Source of the DNA: a bacterium
GTDB lineage: Bacteria; UBA8248
DNA length: 64,000 nucleotides
NCBI GenBank assembly: GCA_965203325.1
Contig: OZ241875.1
Location: forward strand, 64,001-128,000
Reading direction: 5' to 3'
Notes under the pieces: generated by a model
Databases searched by the model: none
What the model was told of the DNA's origin: nothing
What the model saw: the letters and a program-made list of their open reading frames with translations, nothing else
Program-made: the position numbers and the translations under genes
Part shown: piece by piece, positions 1 to 9,358 of the stretch
Layout: the number at the start of each line of letters is the position of its first letter
How positions within the stretch are numbered: the first letter of the stretch is position 1

Positions 1-432
1 GTAGGTGAACCGAATGACGGAAAGGGCTACGTTCGTATCGAGCCGGCGGATTCTTTTTCGGTTTCATACCTTATTGATTATCCTAAACCGATTGGGAAGC
101 AAACCTACGTGTATGAGCACAAGAATGCATTGGGTTTTCAGGAAGAAATCGCACCGGCCCGTACCTTTGGTTTTGTCAATGAGTTGGAGTCGCTCGAAAA
201 AATGGGCTTGGCCGAGGGAGGTCGTTGGGATAACGTAATTCTCGTGGACAAAGCACGCGTTGTGAATACCCGATTGCGATTTCCCAATGAGTTCGTTCGC
301 CATAAAATTCTTGACGTGATCGGAGATCTGTATTTAACCGGTCGTCCTGTCCGAGGAAAAGTAACTGCTGAGAGAAGTGGACACCGGCATAATGTAGCTT
401 TGGTCAAGAAATTGATGGAAGTCCATGGCTGA
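1..432 (+). CDS. lpxC: UDP-3-O-acyl-GlcNAc deacetylase, C-terminal part (5' end outside window)
   Basis: Frame open from base 1; motifs EIAPARTFGF, LRFPNEFVRHKILDVIGDL, SGH. Confidence 0.93.
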   Translation, partial: VGEPNDGKGYVRIEPADSFSVSYLIDYPKPIGKQTYVYEHKNALGFQEEIAPARTFGFVNELESLEKMGLAEGGRWDNVILVDKARVVNTRLRFPNEFVRHKILDVIGDLYLTGRPVRGKVTAERSGHRHNVALVKKLMEVHG

Positions 433-483
433 TTTTGAGTACATCCCGAACGATTCCGCCTGCTAAATCATGGAACATCACTT

Positions 484-1539
484 TTGAATGAGGATCGTCT
501 GACATACCGCGATGCGGGCGTCGATATCGAGTTGGGCGAGGGTTTCGTTCAGGCTATCGCCCAAATTGTAAAATCCACCCATTCTAACCAAAGTGGCCGT
601 ATTCTGAAGGGGACGACGGATTTTGCAGATTTGTTCCGTCTGGGCGGGGAATATGAAGATCCTGTACTAGTTTCAGGCACCGACGGCGTCGGCACGAAAT
701 TGCTCTTGGCCCAAGAGTTCGAGCGTCATGATTCCATAGGGGTCGACTTGGTGGCCATGTGCGTCAACGATATCCTAACCATGGGGGCAGAACCGCTTTT
801 TTTTCTTGACTACATTGCGACGGGCAAGATTGATCAGAGCGTATTGAAGACAGTCGTATCCGGAATTGCGCGAGGATGCCGGGAAGCAGGATGCGCCCTC
901 CTCGGGGGTGAGACCGCCGAGATGCCTGATATGTACCAGTCGGGCGTGTATGATCTCGCCGGATTCGCCGTGGGAGTGGTTGAGCGTGAAAACCTCGACA
1001 ATAGAACGCCTGTAAAAGCAGGTGATGTTATTGCAGCTCTTCCTTCTTCAGGAATTCATAGCAACGGATATTCCTTGGTGCGAAAAATATTTAATTCAAA
1101 AGAAACACGGGATGCGACGGCGCAAAAGCTAGGCGCTCCCATTGAAGATGTTTTATTGGAGCCGACCCGGATTTACGCCAAAGGGGCCCATTCCGTTCGA
1201 AGAGAAGAGGGAATTAGCGGCATCGCGCACATCACTGGAGGCGGAATTCCGGGAAACGTAAACCGTGTCATGCCAGATGAATTGCAGGCTAAATTTTATC
1301 CTGAAAAATGGGTGGCGCCCGAGATATTCTCATTGATCCAAGAATTCGGCCCGGTTGAGAGCGCGGAGATGTATCATACTTTCAACATGGGCTTGGGTTT
1401 TGTCTTTCTCGTGAGATCGGAGCGAGCCGAGTCTTTGCTCGGATGTTTGAAAAATGCGGGAGAACAAGCCATGGTTGTTGGCGAAGTCGCCAATAAACCG
1501 AAGGGCGGCCAATCCGTCGTCATTGAGGGCGTATTTTAG
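484..1539 (+). CDS. purM: Phosphoribosylformylglycinamidine cyclo-ligase
   Basis: YRDAGVDI, GTDGVGTK, DLVAMCVND, GGETAEMP, HITGGG, TFNMG. Confidence 0.97.
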   Translation: MNEDRLTYRDAGVDIELGEGFVQAIAQIVKSTHSNQSGRILKGTTDFADLFRLGGEYEDPVLVSGTDGVGTKLLLAQEFERHDSIGVDLVAMCVNDILTMGAEPLFFLDYIATGKIDQSVLKTVVSGIARGCREAGCALLGGETAEMPDMYQSGVYDLAGFAVGVVERENLDNRTPVKAGDVIAALPSSGIHSNGYSLVRKIFNSKETRDATAQKLGAPIEDVLLEPTRIYAKGAHSVRREEGISGIAHITGGGIPGNVNRVMPDELQAKFYPEKWVAPEIFSLIQEFGPVESAEMYHTFNMGLGFVFLVRSERAESLLGCLKNAGEQAMVVGEVANKPKGGQSVVIEGVF

Positions 1540-2192
1540 TGCATTCAGGAACACGATTACGTGTGGGTGTTTTGGCTTCGGGTCGTGGGTCCAACTTGCA
1601 AGCTCTTATTGATGCCGCGCGGAACGCGAATTTCCCGGCGGAAGTTGTATTGGTGCTGAGCGACAGAAAAAATGCGTATGCGCTCGAGCGCGCCTCGATG
1701 GCCGGTATACGGACCAGACATCTGGCGCCGAAGGAGGAGGGTTTTTATCGGAAGATGGGCGATGAGATTGAAAATTACGGAATCGATCTCGTCTGTTGCG
1801 CTGGTTTCATGCGCATTTTACCGCCGGAGTTTGTCAACCGTTTCTCAGGAAGAATCATCAACATTCATCCCTCGCTTCTGCCGAGTTTCCCTGGTCTGCA
1901 TGCACAAAGAAAAGCCTTGGATGCCGGTGTGAGAGTGACCGGCTGCACGGTCCACTTTGTGGACGAGGGAGTGGATACGGGACCGATTATTTTGCAGGCC
2001 GCCGTACCGGTTCTGCCCCGTGACGATGAAGAAACCCTTTCGGAGAGGATTCTCGCTTATGAGCACCGCATCTACCCACTGGCGGTGCGACTCATCGCCG
2101 AGGGGAGCGTTCGTTGGGTTGATGGTGTTGCGGAATACATGGGCGACGCTTTTCTGGATGGCGGAGGTTTCATCTCACCTATTTCGGAGTAG
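1539..2192 (+). CDS. purN: Phosphoribosylglycinamide formyltransferase
   Basis: SGRGSNLQA, NIHPSLLP, GCTVHFVDEGVDTGPII; overlaps purM stop. Confidence 0.97.
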   Translation: MHSGTRLRVGVLASGRGSNLQALIDAARNANFPAEVVLVLSDRKNAYALERASMAGIRTRHLAPKEEGFYRKMGDEIENYGIDLVCCAGFMRILPPEFVNRFSGRIINIHPSLLPSFPGLHAQRKALDAGVRVTGCTVHFVDEGVDTGPIILQAAVPVLPRDDEETLSERILAYEHRIYPLAVRLIAEGSVRWVDGVAEYMGDAFLDGGGFISPISE

Positions 2193-2215
2193 TCATTCAT
2201 AAAGGATTAAGAGTT

Positions 2216-2944
2216 TTGCGCAAATTGAGTTTTTTCATACTGGTATTCGGTTTTTCGTTTTTCGCATTTTCGCAAGAGTACGCTCTCGCCGCGTCTATGG
2301 CGGAAGAATCGCGTCCAAAGGCGGAGAAAATAATCACCGAACTTCAGAAAAAATATGACACACTTGAATCTCTGCAAGCCTCATTCGAGCAGAAAAATGA
2401 ATTGAAGTCCCTCGGGCGAACGACCAAGTCGAGCGGAACCCTGTTGTGGAAGAAGCCCGGCAGACTGCGCATGGAGTACGTTACGCCTGAAAAGCAGCTT
2501 TTGGTTTCCGATGGCCGCACGTTTTGGCTCTACACCGCTCGCTTCAAGCAGGTGATGGTTTCCGAAGCCGGGGGCTTGGGGTTTGGCGCCACTCCTTTGT
2601 TATTTTTGTCAGGAAAGGGGAATTTGAAAAAGAATTTTCATGTAACTGTGGAAGAGGTTGGAATTGCCGAACGAAGCGGGGGGATTTGGAGGGCCGGTCA
2701 GCCCCATCGCATTCGCATGGAGCCGAAGGCTGCGAGCGCCTCGTTTCGTCGAATGTGGATCGAAGTGGAGCCTGAAAATTTTAGAATCCTCACTCTGGTT
2801 TATATTGATAACATCGGTAACAAAAGCCATCTGCGGTTTTCAAATATCAAAGAAAACGTCAGAATCAAAGCAGAGGAATTTCGATTCACCGTGCCGCCGA
2901 ACGTCGAAGTTCTGCAAATGCCGTCTCACAGTGGCCAGCGATAA
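2216..2944 (+). CDS. lolA: Outer-membrane lipoprotein carrier LolA family
   Basis: Signal peptide; ASFEQ, KKPGRLRMEY..PEKQLLVSDG..FWLY, C-terminal FRFTVPPNVEV. Confidence 0.85.
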   Translation: MRKLSFFILVFGFSFFAFSQEYALAASMAEESRPKAEKIITELQKKYDTLESLQASFEQKNELKSLGRTTKSSGTLLWKKPGRLRMEYVTPEKQLLVSDGRTFWLYTARFKQVMVSEAGGLGFGATPLLFLSGKGNLKKNFHVTVEEVGIAERSGGIWRAGQPHRIRMEPKAASASFRRMWIEVEPENFRILTLVYIDNIGNKSHLRFSNIKENVRIKAEEFRFTVPPNVEVLQMPSHSGQR

Positions 2945-2959
2945 AGGATTCTTTCGAGA

Positions 2960-4159
2960 ATGGTGATGCAAGTCATAAACTGGGTGATGGGTTTTGGGCA
3001 GACGATTTTCTGGGCCGTACTGGTTCTCGGATTGCTCATCTTTATCCATGAACTGGGCCATCATCTCGTCGCGAAATGGCTCAAAATCGGTGTTTCCACG
3101 TTTTCCTTGGGCTTCGGGCGCCGCATCTGGGGTTTTCAGCGGGGAGAGACTGAATATCGCGTGTCCCTGATCCCCTTGGGCGGTTATGTGAAGCTCGTGG
3201 GAGAAGACCCCGAAGCACAACCTGATAATCCCGATATTCCCAAAGAACCGGATGAGCCGGAGAAATCATTCTACTTGCGGCCTGTGAGTCACCGATTGGC
3301 TGTGATTTCGGCGGGGCCTTTGTTTAATGTCGCCTTGGCGATACTCCTCAGTTGGGGGTTGCACCTTGGAGGTATTCCCGTCCCCGGAACGTGGGTCGGC
3401 GGTGTTTTGCCCGATACGCCTGCACAAAAGGCGACCCTTCAAGCAGGCGATCACATCGTTGCCATCGACGGGAAGAGGATTCAGAAATGGTCCGAGCTTG
3501 TCGAAATCATACGAAGAAACGCCGACAATAAACTCGTTTTGACGGTGGAACGCGGCCGCAAATCCTTTGAAACGGCGATCATTCCGACATCGAAGAGCGC
3601 GACGGGCAAGGAGTTGGGTTATGGCCGAATCGGTATCAGTATCGGTCAAGGCACTTACACAGAGCGTTTCGGCTTTTTTGAGTCCCTGGGGAAGGGATTC
3701 GAGCAGAATTACCGCATCGCCAGCTTAACGGTCATTACGCTGTATTCGATGCTGACGAAGACCATTCCGGCGGACATTGGCGGCCCGATTCGTATTTCTG
3801 TGGTGGCCGCGGAGCAGGCGCAACGCGGGTTCCGCTATCTCATCATGTTTACGATTTTACTCAGCATTAACCTGGCGATTTTGAACTTGTTGCCAATCCC
3901 GGTTCTCGATGGCGGGCATATTTTTTTCTTGCTTATCGAAGCCTTGCGTGGCAAACCTATCAGCCTCAGGGTCCGAGAGGTGGCCATGCAGGTCGGCACC
4001 GTTCTTCTCATCGGTTTGATGATCTTTGCTACCTACAAGGACAGCGTGTATTATCTTTTTGGGAGGGACTCGGCAACAATAACGAAAAAAGAAGAGCAAA
4101 AGGGAAAAGGTAGGAGTTCAATGAAATTATCTCCTGAAAGCCAGAAAGGCGGCAAATAG
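2960..4159 (+). CDS. rseP: RIP metalloprotease RseP (M50) with PDZ domain
   Basis: HELGH, PLGGYVK, NLLPIPVLDGG. Confidence 0.95.
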   Translation: MVMQVINWVMGFGQTIFWAVLVLGLLIFIHELGHHLVAKWLKIGVSTFSLGFGRRIWGFQRGETEYRVSLIPLGGYVKLVGEDPEAQPDNPDIPKEPDEPEKSFYLRPVSHRLAVISAGPLFNVALAILLSWGLHLGGIPVPGTWVGGVLPDTPAQKATLQAGDHIVAIDGKRIQKWSELVEIIRRNADNKLVLTVERGRKSFETAIIPTSKSATGKELGYGRIGISIGQGTYTERFGFFESLGKGFEQNYRIASLTVITLYSMLTKTIPADIGGPIRISVVAAEQAQRGFRYLIMFTILLSINLAILNLLPIPVLDGGHIFFLLIEALRGKPISLRVREVAMQVGTVLLIGLMIFATYKDSVYYLFGRDSATITKKEEQKGKGRSSMKLSPESQKGGK

Positions 4160-4170
4160 GGATTTTGACC

Positions 4171-5415
4171 ATGTTTGAGCCATTTACGGACGACGTGTTT
4201 TACACGAAACCCATACCGGGAGTCGGCCTGCCCCCCAAAGAGCAGGCCGGCACCACTCTGCCGATGGTTGAAGCGGATACAACCGGCGAAGCGTTGCCTT
4301 GTGCGGATCCGTCGTTGTTCCCCCTGAATCGACGAGAAAGCTCCCAGGTCGAAGTGCGGGGCGTCAAAATCGGTGGTGGCGCTCCCATCGTCGTGCAATC
4401 GATGTGCAACACCTACACGCACGATGTGGAGGCAACCATAGCTCAAATCGAACGCCTGGAAGCCGCCGGGTGTGAAATTGTACGTTTGGCCGTTCCTGAC
4501 GAAAAATCGGCCAATGCGCTCTATGAGATCAGAAAACGCACCGAGATGCCCTTGGTGGCGGATATCCATTTCGATTATCGCTACGCCTTGATGGCGGCGG
4601 ATGCGGGGATAGATTGCTTGCGCATCAACCCCGGCAACATCAATGGAGAGGAACGGGTGAGTGAGGTGGTCGCCGCGGCGAAAGGCCACGGCCTGCCCAT
4701 TCGCGTGGGTGTGAACGCCGGTTCTTTAGAAAAGCATCTGCTCGATCGTTTTGGTGGCGCAACCCCCGAAGCTATGGTGGAAAGTGGTTTGCGTCATGTC
4801 GCCATGCTGGAGAAGCGGAACTTTTATGACACGAAAATCTCCCTGAAAGCTTCCGATGTCGCGAGGGCGGTGAAAGCCTATCGGTTGATGGCGAAACGCG
4901 TCGAGTATCCTCTTCATCTCGGCATCACGGAGAGTGGAAGCCTACAGACGGGCAGCATAAAAAGCGCTGTCGGCCTGGGCATTCTGCTCTCAGAAGGTAT
5001 TGGCGACACCATTCGCGTTTCCTTGGCCGCAGACCCGGTGGAGGAAGTGCGCGTGGGCTACGAAATTCTGAAAAGCCTCAAGTTGCGCCAAAAGGGCGTG
5101 AATGTTGTCGCATGTCCATCATGCGGGCGTGTCCAGATTGACGTGGATAAGCTCACCATGGAGATAGAACAAGAGCTGGCCCACATCAATGCTCCCATCA
5201 CGGTGGCCGTCATGGGTTGTGAGGTGAACGGTCCCGGAGAGGCGAAAGACGCAGACATCGGCGTGGCCGGCGGCCACAAACGAGCTCTGATTTTCATGAA
5301 AGGTGAAAAATCGGGCTTGGTGTCCTATGAGGATATCAAGAAAAATTTGGTTGAGCGTGTAGAGCAACTTGCAGAGCAATATGAGCGAGGTCAATTCGAG
5401 ATAGCTCACTCCTGA
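4171..5415 (+). CDS. ispG: HMBPP synthase, with N-terminal extension
   Basis: IVVQSM, LVADIHF, RINPGN, GVNAGSL, CPSCGR, MGCEVNGPGEA; start ATG 4171 or TTG 4165. Confidence 0.96.
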   Translation: MFEPFTDDVFYTKPIPGVGLPPKEQAGTTLPMVEADTTGEALPCADPSLFPLNRRESSQVEVRGVKIGGGAPIVVQSMCNTYTHDVEATIAQIERLEAAGCEIVRLAVPDEKSANALYEIRKRTEMPLVADIHFDYRYALMAADAGIDCLRINPGNINGEERVSEVVAAAKGHGLPIRVGVNAGSLEKHLLDRFGGATPEAMVESGLRHVAMLEKRNFYDTKISLKASDVARAVKAYRLMAKRVEYPLHLGITESGSLQTGSIKSAVGLGILLSEGIGDTIRVSLAADPVEEVRVGYEILKSLKLRQKGVNVVACPSCGRVQIDVDKLTMEIEQELAHINAPITVAVMGCEVNGPGEAKDADIGVAGGHKRALIFMKGEKSGLVSYEDIKKNLVERVEQLAEQYERGQFEIAHS

Positions 5416-5428
5416 GAAAATCTGATTC

Positions 5429-7141
5429 ATGCGATTCTCACGAGGGTTTTTACCCACATTAAAAGAAGCGCCCGCTGATGCGGAAGTCGTCAGCCATAAA
5501 CTTATGGTGCGGTCGGGCATGATTCGTCGCTTGGCGGCCGGGGTATACACGCTTTTGCCCCTCGGCGTGCGCGTGCAGCGCAAAGTCGAACAGATTTTGC
5601 GCGAGGAGTTGAATCGTGCAGGCGCACAAGAGGTTTTCCTGCCAACGCTGAATCCCGCAGAGCTTTGGCGAAAAACGGGACGGTGGGAAGTGTACGGCAA
5701 AGAATTGCTCCGCCTGAAAGATCGCCATGAGCGTGATTTTTGTCTGGGACCCACACACGAGGAGGTAATCACCGATCTGGTGGCGCGCGAAGTGAGGAGT
5801 TATCGGGAACTGCCTCTCAACCTGTATCAGATTCAAACGAAATTCAGAGATGAGATAAGGCCCCGCTTCGGCGTCATGCGAGGGCGGGAGTTTACGATGA
5901 AGGACGGCTACAGCTTTGATCGAGACGAGGCGGGCGCGGAGCAAAGCTATGAAGAAATGGTGCAAGCCTATACCCGGATATTTCGGCGCTGTGGTTTGAA
6001 GTTCAGCGCTGTGGAAGCGGATTCAGGTGCTATTGGCGGGAGTTTTTCGCATGAGTTCATGGTCATGGCTGATACAGGTGAGGAAGCGATTACCGTTTGT
6101 GATACGTGCGGGTACGCAGCGAACGTCGAAAAATCGCCGGTATCTTTGAAGTTGCCCAAGAGCGAAGAAAGCGAACTTGAAAAAGTTCATACTCCTGGCG
6201 CCCATACGATAGAGGAGGTTGCCGAGTTTTTTTCTTTGCCTCCATATCGCATGGTGAAAACTCTTTTGTATGTTGCGGATGGTGAGCCGGTGGCGGCAAT
6301 GATTCCAGGCCACAGGGATTTGAATGAAATCAAACTGAAGAATGCGCTTGATGCGGTGGATATAGAGCTTGCTGATGCCGAGACGGTAGAGGAGCTCACC
6401 AATTCCGAAGTGGGTTTCGCAGGCCCTGTAGGCTTGTCGAATGTCCGACTCGTCGCTGATTACGCCATTGAAAATAGAGGCGGACTCATTTTCGGGGCGA
6501 ATCAAACAGACTATCACTACACGGGCGCGCGCGAGGGTCGTGATTTTGAGGCAAGTGAATTTGCAGACCTTACCGTTGCCCAGGAGGGAGATGCTTGTCC
6601 CAGTTGTGAAGCGGAACTCAGCATCAGACGCGGGATCGAAGTGGGGCATGTCTTCAAACTGGGTTGTAAGTATTCCGAATCCCTGGATGCTACCTATCAG
6701 GATGAGAGCGGCGAGACGCACACCATCGTCATGGGTTGTTACGGCATTGGCGTGGGTCGCACCGTGGCCGCAGCCATAGAGCAGAACCATGATGAGGACG
6801 GCATTATCTGGCCGACTCCCATCGCTCCATATCATGTGGACATCATTCCGGTGAGAGTGGATGATGAAACCATGAAAGTTTGCGATGGCATATACGATTC
6901 GCTCGAGTCCGCAGGGCTGGATGTCGCGCTTGATGACAGGGATGAGCGCCCGGGCGTGAAATTCAAGGATGCCGACCTTATCGGTTTTCCCTACAAGATA
7001 GTCGTCGGACCAAAGGGGCTCAAGGAAGGCAAAATCGAGTTGAAATCGAGGAAAACAGGGGATACACAATTTGTGGCGATAAACGAGGCTGCATCTTTTC
7101 TCAAAAATCTGATTTCCGAAGAAATGGATTCCGTCGGATAA
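5429..7141 (+). CDS. proS: Proline--tRNA ligase (bacterial type with editing insert)
   Basis: LGPTHEE, KFRDEIRPRFGVMRGREF, GIEVGHVFKLG, MGCYGIG. Confidence 0.98.
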   Translation: MRFSRGFLPTLKEAPADAEVVSHKLMVRSGMIRRLAAGVYTLLPLGVRVQRKVEQILREELNRAGAQEVFLPTLNPAELWRKTGRWEVYGKELLRLKDRHERDFCLGPTHEEVITDLVAREVRSYRELPLNLYQIQTKFRDEIRPRFGVMRGREFTMKDGYSFDRDEAGAEQSYEEMVQAYTRIFRRCGLKFSAVEADSGAIGGSFSHEFMVMADTGEEAITVCDTCGYAANVEKSPVSLKLPKSEESELEKVHTPGAHTIEEVAEFFSLPPYRMVKTLLYVADGEPVAAMIPGHRDLNEIKLKNALDAVDIELADAETVEELTNSEVGFAGPVGLSNVRLVADYAIENRGGLIFGANQTDYHYTGAREGRDFEASEFADLTVAQEGDACPSCEAELSIRRGIEVGHVFKLGCKYSESLDATYQDESGETHTIVMGCYGIGVGRTVAAAIEQNHDEDGIIWPTPIAPYHVDIIPVRVDDETMKVCDGIYDSLESAGLDVALDDRDERPGVKFKDADLIGFPYKIVVGPKGLKEGKIELKSRKTGDTQFVAINEAASFLKNLISEEMDSVG

Positions 7142-7244
7142 TTTTGAGGTTCTCGGATTCTTCTTCGAAAAGATTTTTGGATTTCCTTATCAAACGTTGG
7201 TCGGGTCCGGGGTTTAGGGCGAGGGAAAAGCAAAAATAGAAAAC

Positions 7245-7274
7245 TTGACGTTTTCGGGCCCGTGCATTTATATT
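7245..7274 (+). promoter_or_regulatory. Putative sigma70 promoter for small-protein/tRNA/tilS unit
   Basis: TTGACG-18 bp-TATATT with A-rich upstream tract. Confidence 0.5.
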
Positions 7275-7317
7275 CTGCTCCTGTAGCGAGGCGAGTTTTG
7301 GAAGGAGATAGTCGAGC

Positions 7318-7509
7318 GTGGCCTACCAGGGAGTTCGCGAGTGTGCAGTTTGCGCTTGGCGAGAGGGTTGCCGCCTGAAGTATCGCAATGAACCGAACGG
7401 AGCGATTTTTTGTCCGGAATTTTCTCCGGATTTGAGGATACAACAAACCGAATCGAGGGAAATGCCGCCTTCGCCCGAAGGCCTGGAACGGGGAGCAAAT
7501 GACAAATGA
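7318..7509 (+). CDS. Small Cys-rich hypothetical protein (CxxCAWRxxC...C)
   Basis: GTG start after AAGGAG RBS; four Cys; stop overlaps next ATG. Confidence 0.7.
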   Translation: MAYQGVRECAVCAWREGCRLKYRNEPNGAIFCPEFSPDLRIQQTESREMPPSPEGLERGANDK

Positions 7510-7661
7510 GACGTGAAATCGAGATTCTTATTTTGCTCTTTTTGGGGTACCTGTGCTTGATGGTAGGCTTTCGCATGGAAGACATTGGCATACAGGTTTT
7601 TTGCTATATTCTCTCGGCCATGTTTTTTTTCGCCATATTCCGACCCAAGCAGTCTCCCTGA
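7506..7661 (+). CDS. 51-aa two-TM small membrane protein (not in ORF track)
   Basis: ATGA overlap with previous ORF; MRREIEILILLFLGYLCLMVGFRMEDIGIQVFCYILSAMFFFAIFRPKQSP. Confidence 0.6.
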   Translation: MRREIEILILLFLGYLCLMVGFRMEDIGIQVFCYILSAMFFFAIFRPKQSP

Positions 7662-7674
7662 CGGGGGGCATTCT

Positions 7675-7751
7675 GGCGGCGTAGCTCAACCGGTTAGAGC
7701 ATACGGCTCATATCCGTAGTGTTGGGGGTTCAAGTCCCTCCGCCGCTACCA
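7675..7751 (+). tRNA. tRNA with CAT anticodon, most likely elongator tRNA-Met
   Basis: 77-nt cloverleaf GGCGGCG...CGCCGCTACCA, anticodon arm TACGG-CTCATAT-CCGTA; not initiator-like. Confidence 0.93.
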
Positions 7752-7779
7752 TTCCTCGCCACCAGGGGAGGAACTCCCG

Positions 7780-9267
7780 ATGACCTCGGACACCTCGCAA
7801 ACAAATCCACTTAAAATAAAAAAACGATTTGAAGCCAAGGTGAGAAAAGGCCTCCAGAAATCGGCTTATGCGGCCGAGTCTGCCCCTTTGATGGTCGGTT
7901 TTTCCGGTGGCGCAGATTCCACGGCTCTTTTGTTGTCCTTGAAGTCGATCCTGCCGGAATCACAACTCCTGTGTGCCGTTCATATCGAACATGGACTCCG
8001 TGGCGGTCTTTCAAAAAAAGATGCGGAGCATGCTGAGCAGGTGTGCTTGCGACACGATATCGATTTTCGTTGTGAGCACGTTCATGTGTCTCGAACAGCG
8101 CAACTGGGTCTTGAAGGAGCTGCCCGCGAATCAAGGCGCTCGGCCTTCCTGGCGATTGGGAGGGAGATAGGCTCCGATACCATTGCGTTGGCCCACAACA
8201 GGGATGATCAAGCCGAAACCGTGCTCATGCGTTTGTTTGAAGGGGCAGGCGTCAGGGGGATGGGAGGCATAAAGTGGAGGACCCCGCTTTCGTCGAAAGG
8301 AGAAGATGCGTTCCACATCATCCGGCCTTTACTGGATTTGTCGCGTGAAGAGATTTTGGAGTACTTGGAGATACTGGGCATCTCCTGGGTCGAGGATGAA
8401 ACGAACCTGGACGAGAGTCGCCTCAGAAATCGGATACGCAAAAAAATTATGCCGATGGTTCGGGAGCACTTGGGGGATGCGGCCATTAGCGGAATCGCCA
8501 AGAGTGCGGAGATATCGGCCCCGCTTGTTTTCCTGATGGATGAGATGTCCAAGGAATTGACGGTGAAATTCATCCATAAAGACAACGGGAAACTCGTTGT
8601 TTCTCCTTTAGGGGCAGTGAAGGAACTCGCTCAATCGCTTAGAGCGGAGGTTTGGCGTGCGGCACTTGCAATGCTCAGAGGCGAATCGCCCGCCCAAACC
8701 GGCAGACGCGCTCTCCGGGAATGGATTGAAGGCCTGGACCGCCTGGCAATGGGAGATAAACCCTCGGGTGTGTTGAGTTTGCCGGGCGACCTGGAAGCGA
8801 GAAAGGAATATGACCGCCTTATCTTCGGGAGTTCCCTTGTTGATTCGAAGTTGCTTGAGGAGAAAAAACTGCGGGTTCCAGGAAAGACGGTTCATCATTC
8901 ACTAGGCCTTGCGATAGAAGCGTCATGTCATTTTACACATCGTTCAAACGGCGCATGGGAGGTGTGTCTCGACCTGGAAAAGCTGGGGGCGGATGCCTGT
9001 ATCCGAACCCGGCGTGATGGAGATCGGTTCCATCCATTGGGACGAACAAAAGCGAAGAAACTCAAGGATTACCTCATAAAGCGGAAAATACCGAAATCCG
9101 TAAGGAATCGAATACCTCTCCTGGCCGTAGGAGATAAGGTGGCATGGATCATAGGTCATCAGGTTTCAGCGGAATTCGTGCTTGATGGGAATGAGAAGAG
9201 GGGGGTTACCCTTAAAGCGTTGCTGGAGAATAAAGACAGTAAGCTCTTAAGTTCTTTGGGTTATTGA
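7780..9267 (+). CDS. tilS: tRNA(Ile)-lysidine synthase
   Basis: SGGADS, HGLR, AHNRDDQAETVLMRL, IRPLL, RNRIR, C-terminal KKLKD..KIP. Confidence 0.95.
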   Translation: MTSDTSQTNPLKIKKRFEAKVRKGLQKSAYAAESAPLMVGFSGGADSTALLLSLKSILPESQLLCAVHIEHGLRGGLSKKDAEHAEQVCLRHDIDFRCEHVHVSRTAQLGLEGAARESRRSAFLAIGREIGSDTIALAHNRDDQAETVLMRLFEGAGVRGMGGIKWRTPLSSKGEDAFHIIRPLLDLSREEILEYLEILGISWVEDETNLDESRLRNRIRKKIMPMVREHLGDAAISGIAKSAEISAPLVFLMDEMSKELTVKFIHKDNGKLVVSPLGAVKELAQSLRAEVWRAALAMLRGESPAQTGRRALREWIEGLDRLAMGDKPSGVLSLPGDLEARKEYDRLIFGSSLVDSKLLEEKKLRVPGKTVHHSLGLAIEASCHFTHRSNGAWEVCLDLEKLGADACIRTRRDGDRFHPLGRTKAKKLKDYLIKRKIPKSVRNRIPLLAVGDKVAWIIGHQVSAEFVLDGNEKRGVTLKALLENKDSKLLSSLGY

Positions 9268-9358
9268 TTTGGAGTTTAGCTCGTAGACGGATGGGAAAAA
9301 TCCTGATAACGTGTTTTCAGGGTATAGAGAGCCGCTTACGCGAAAAAAGGAAGGCATT

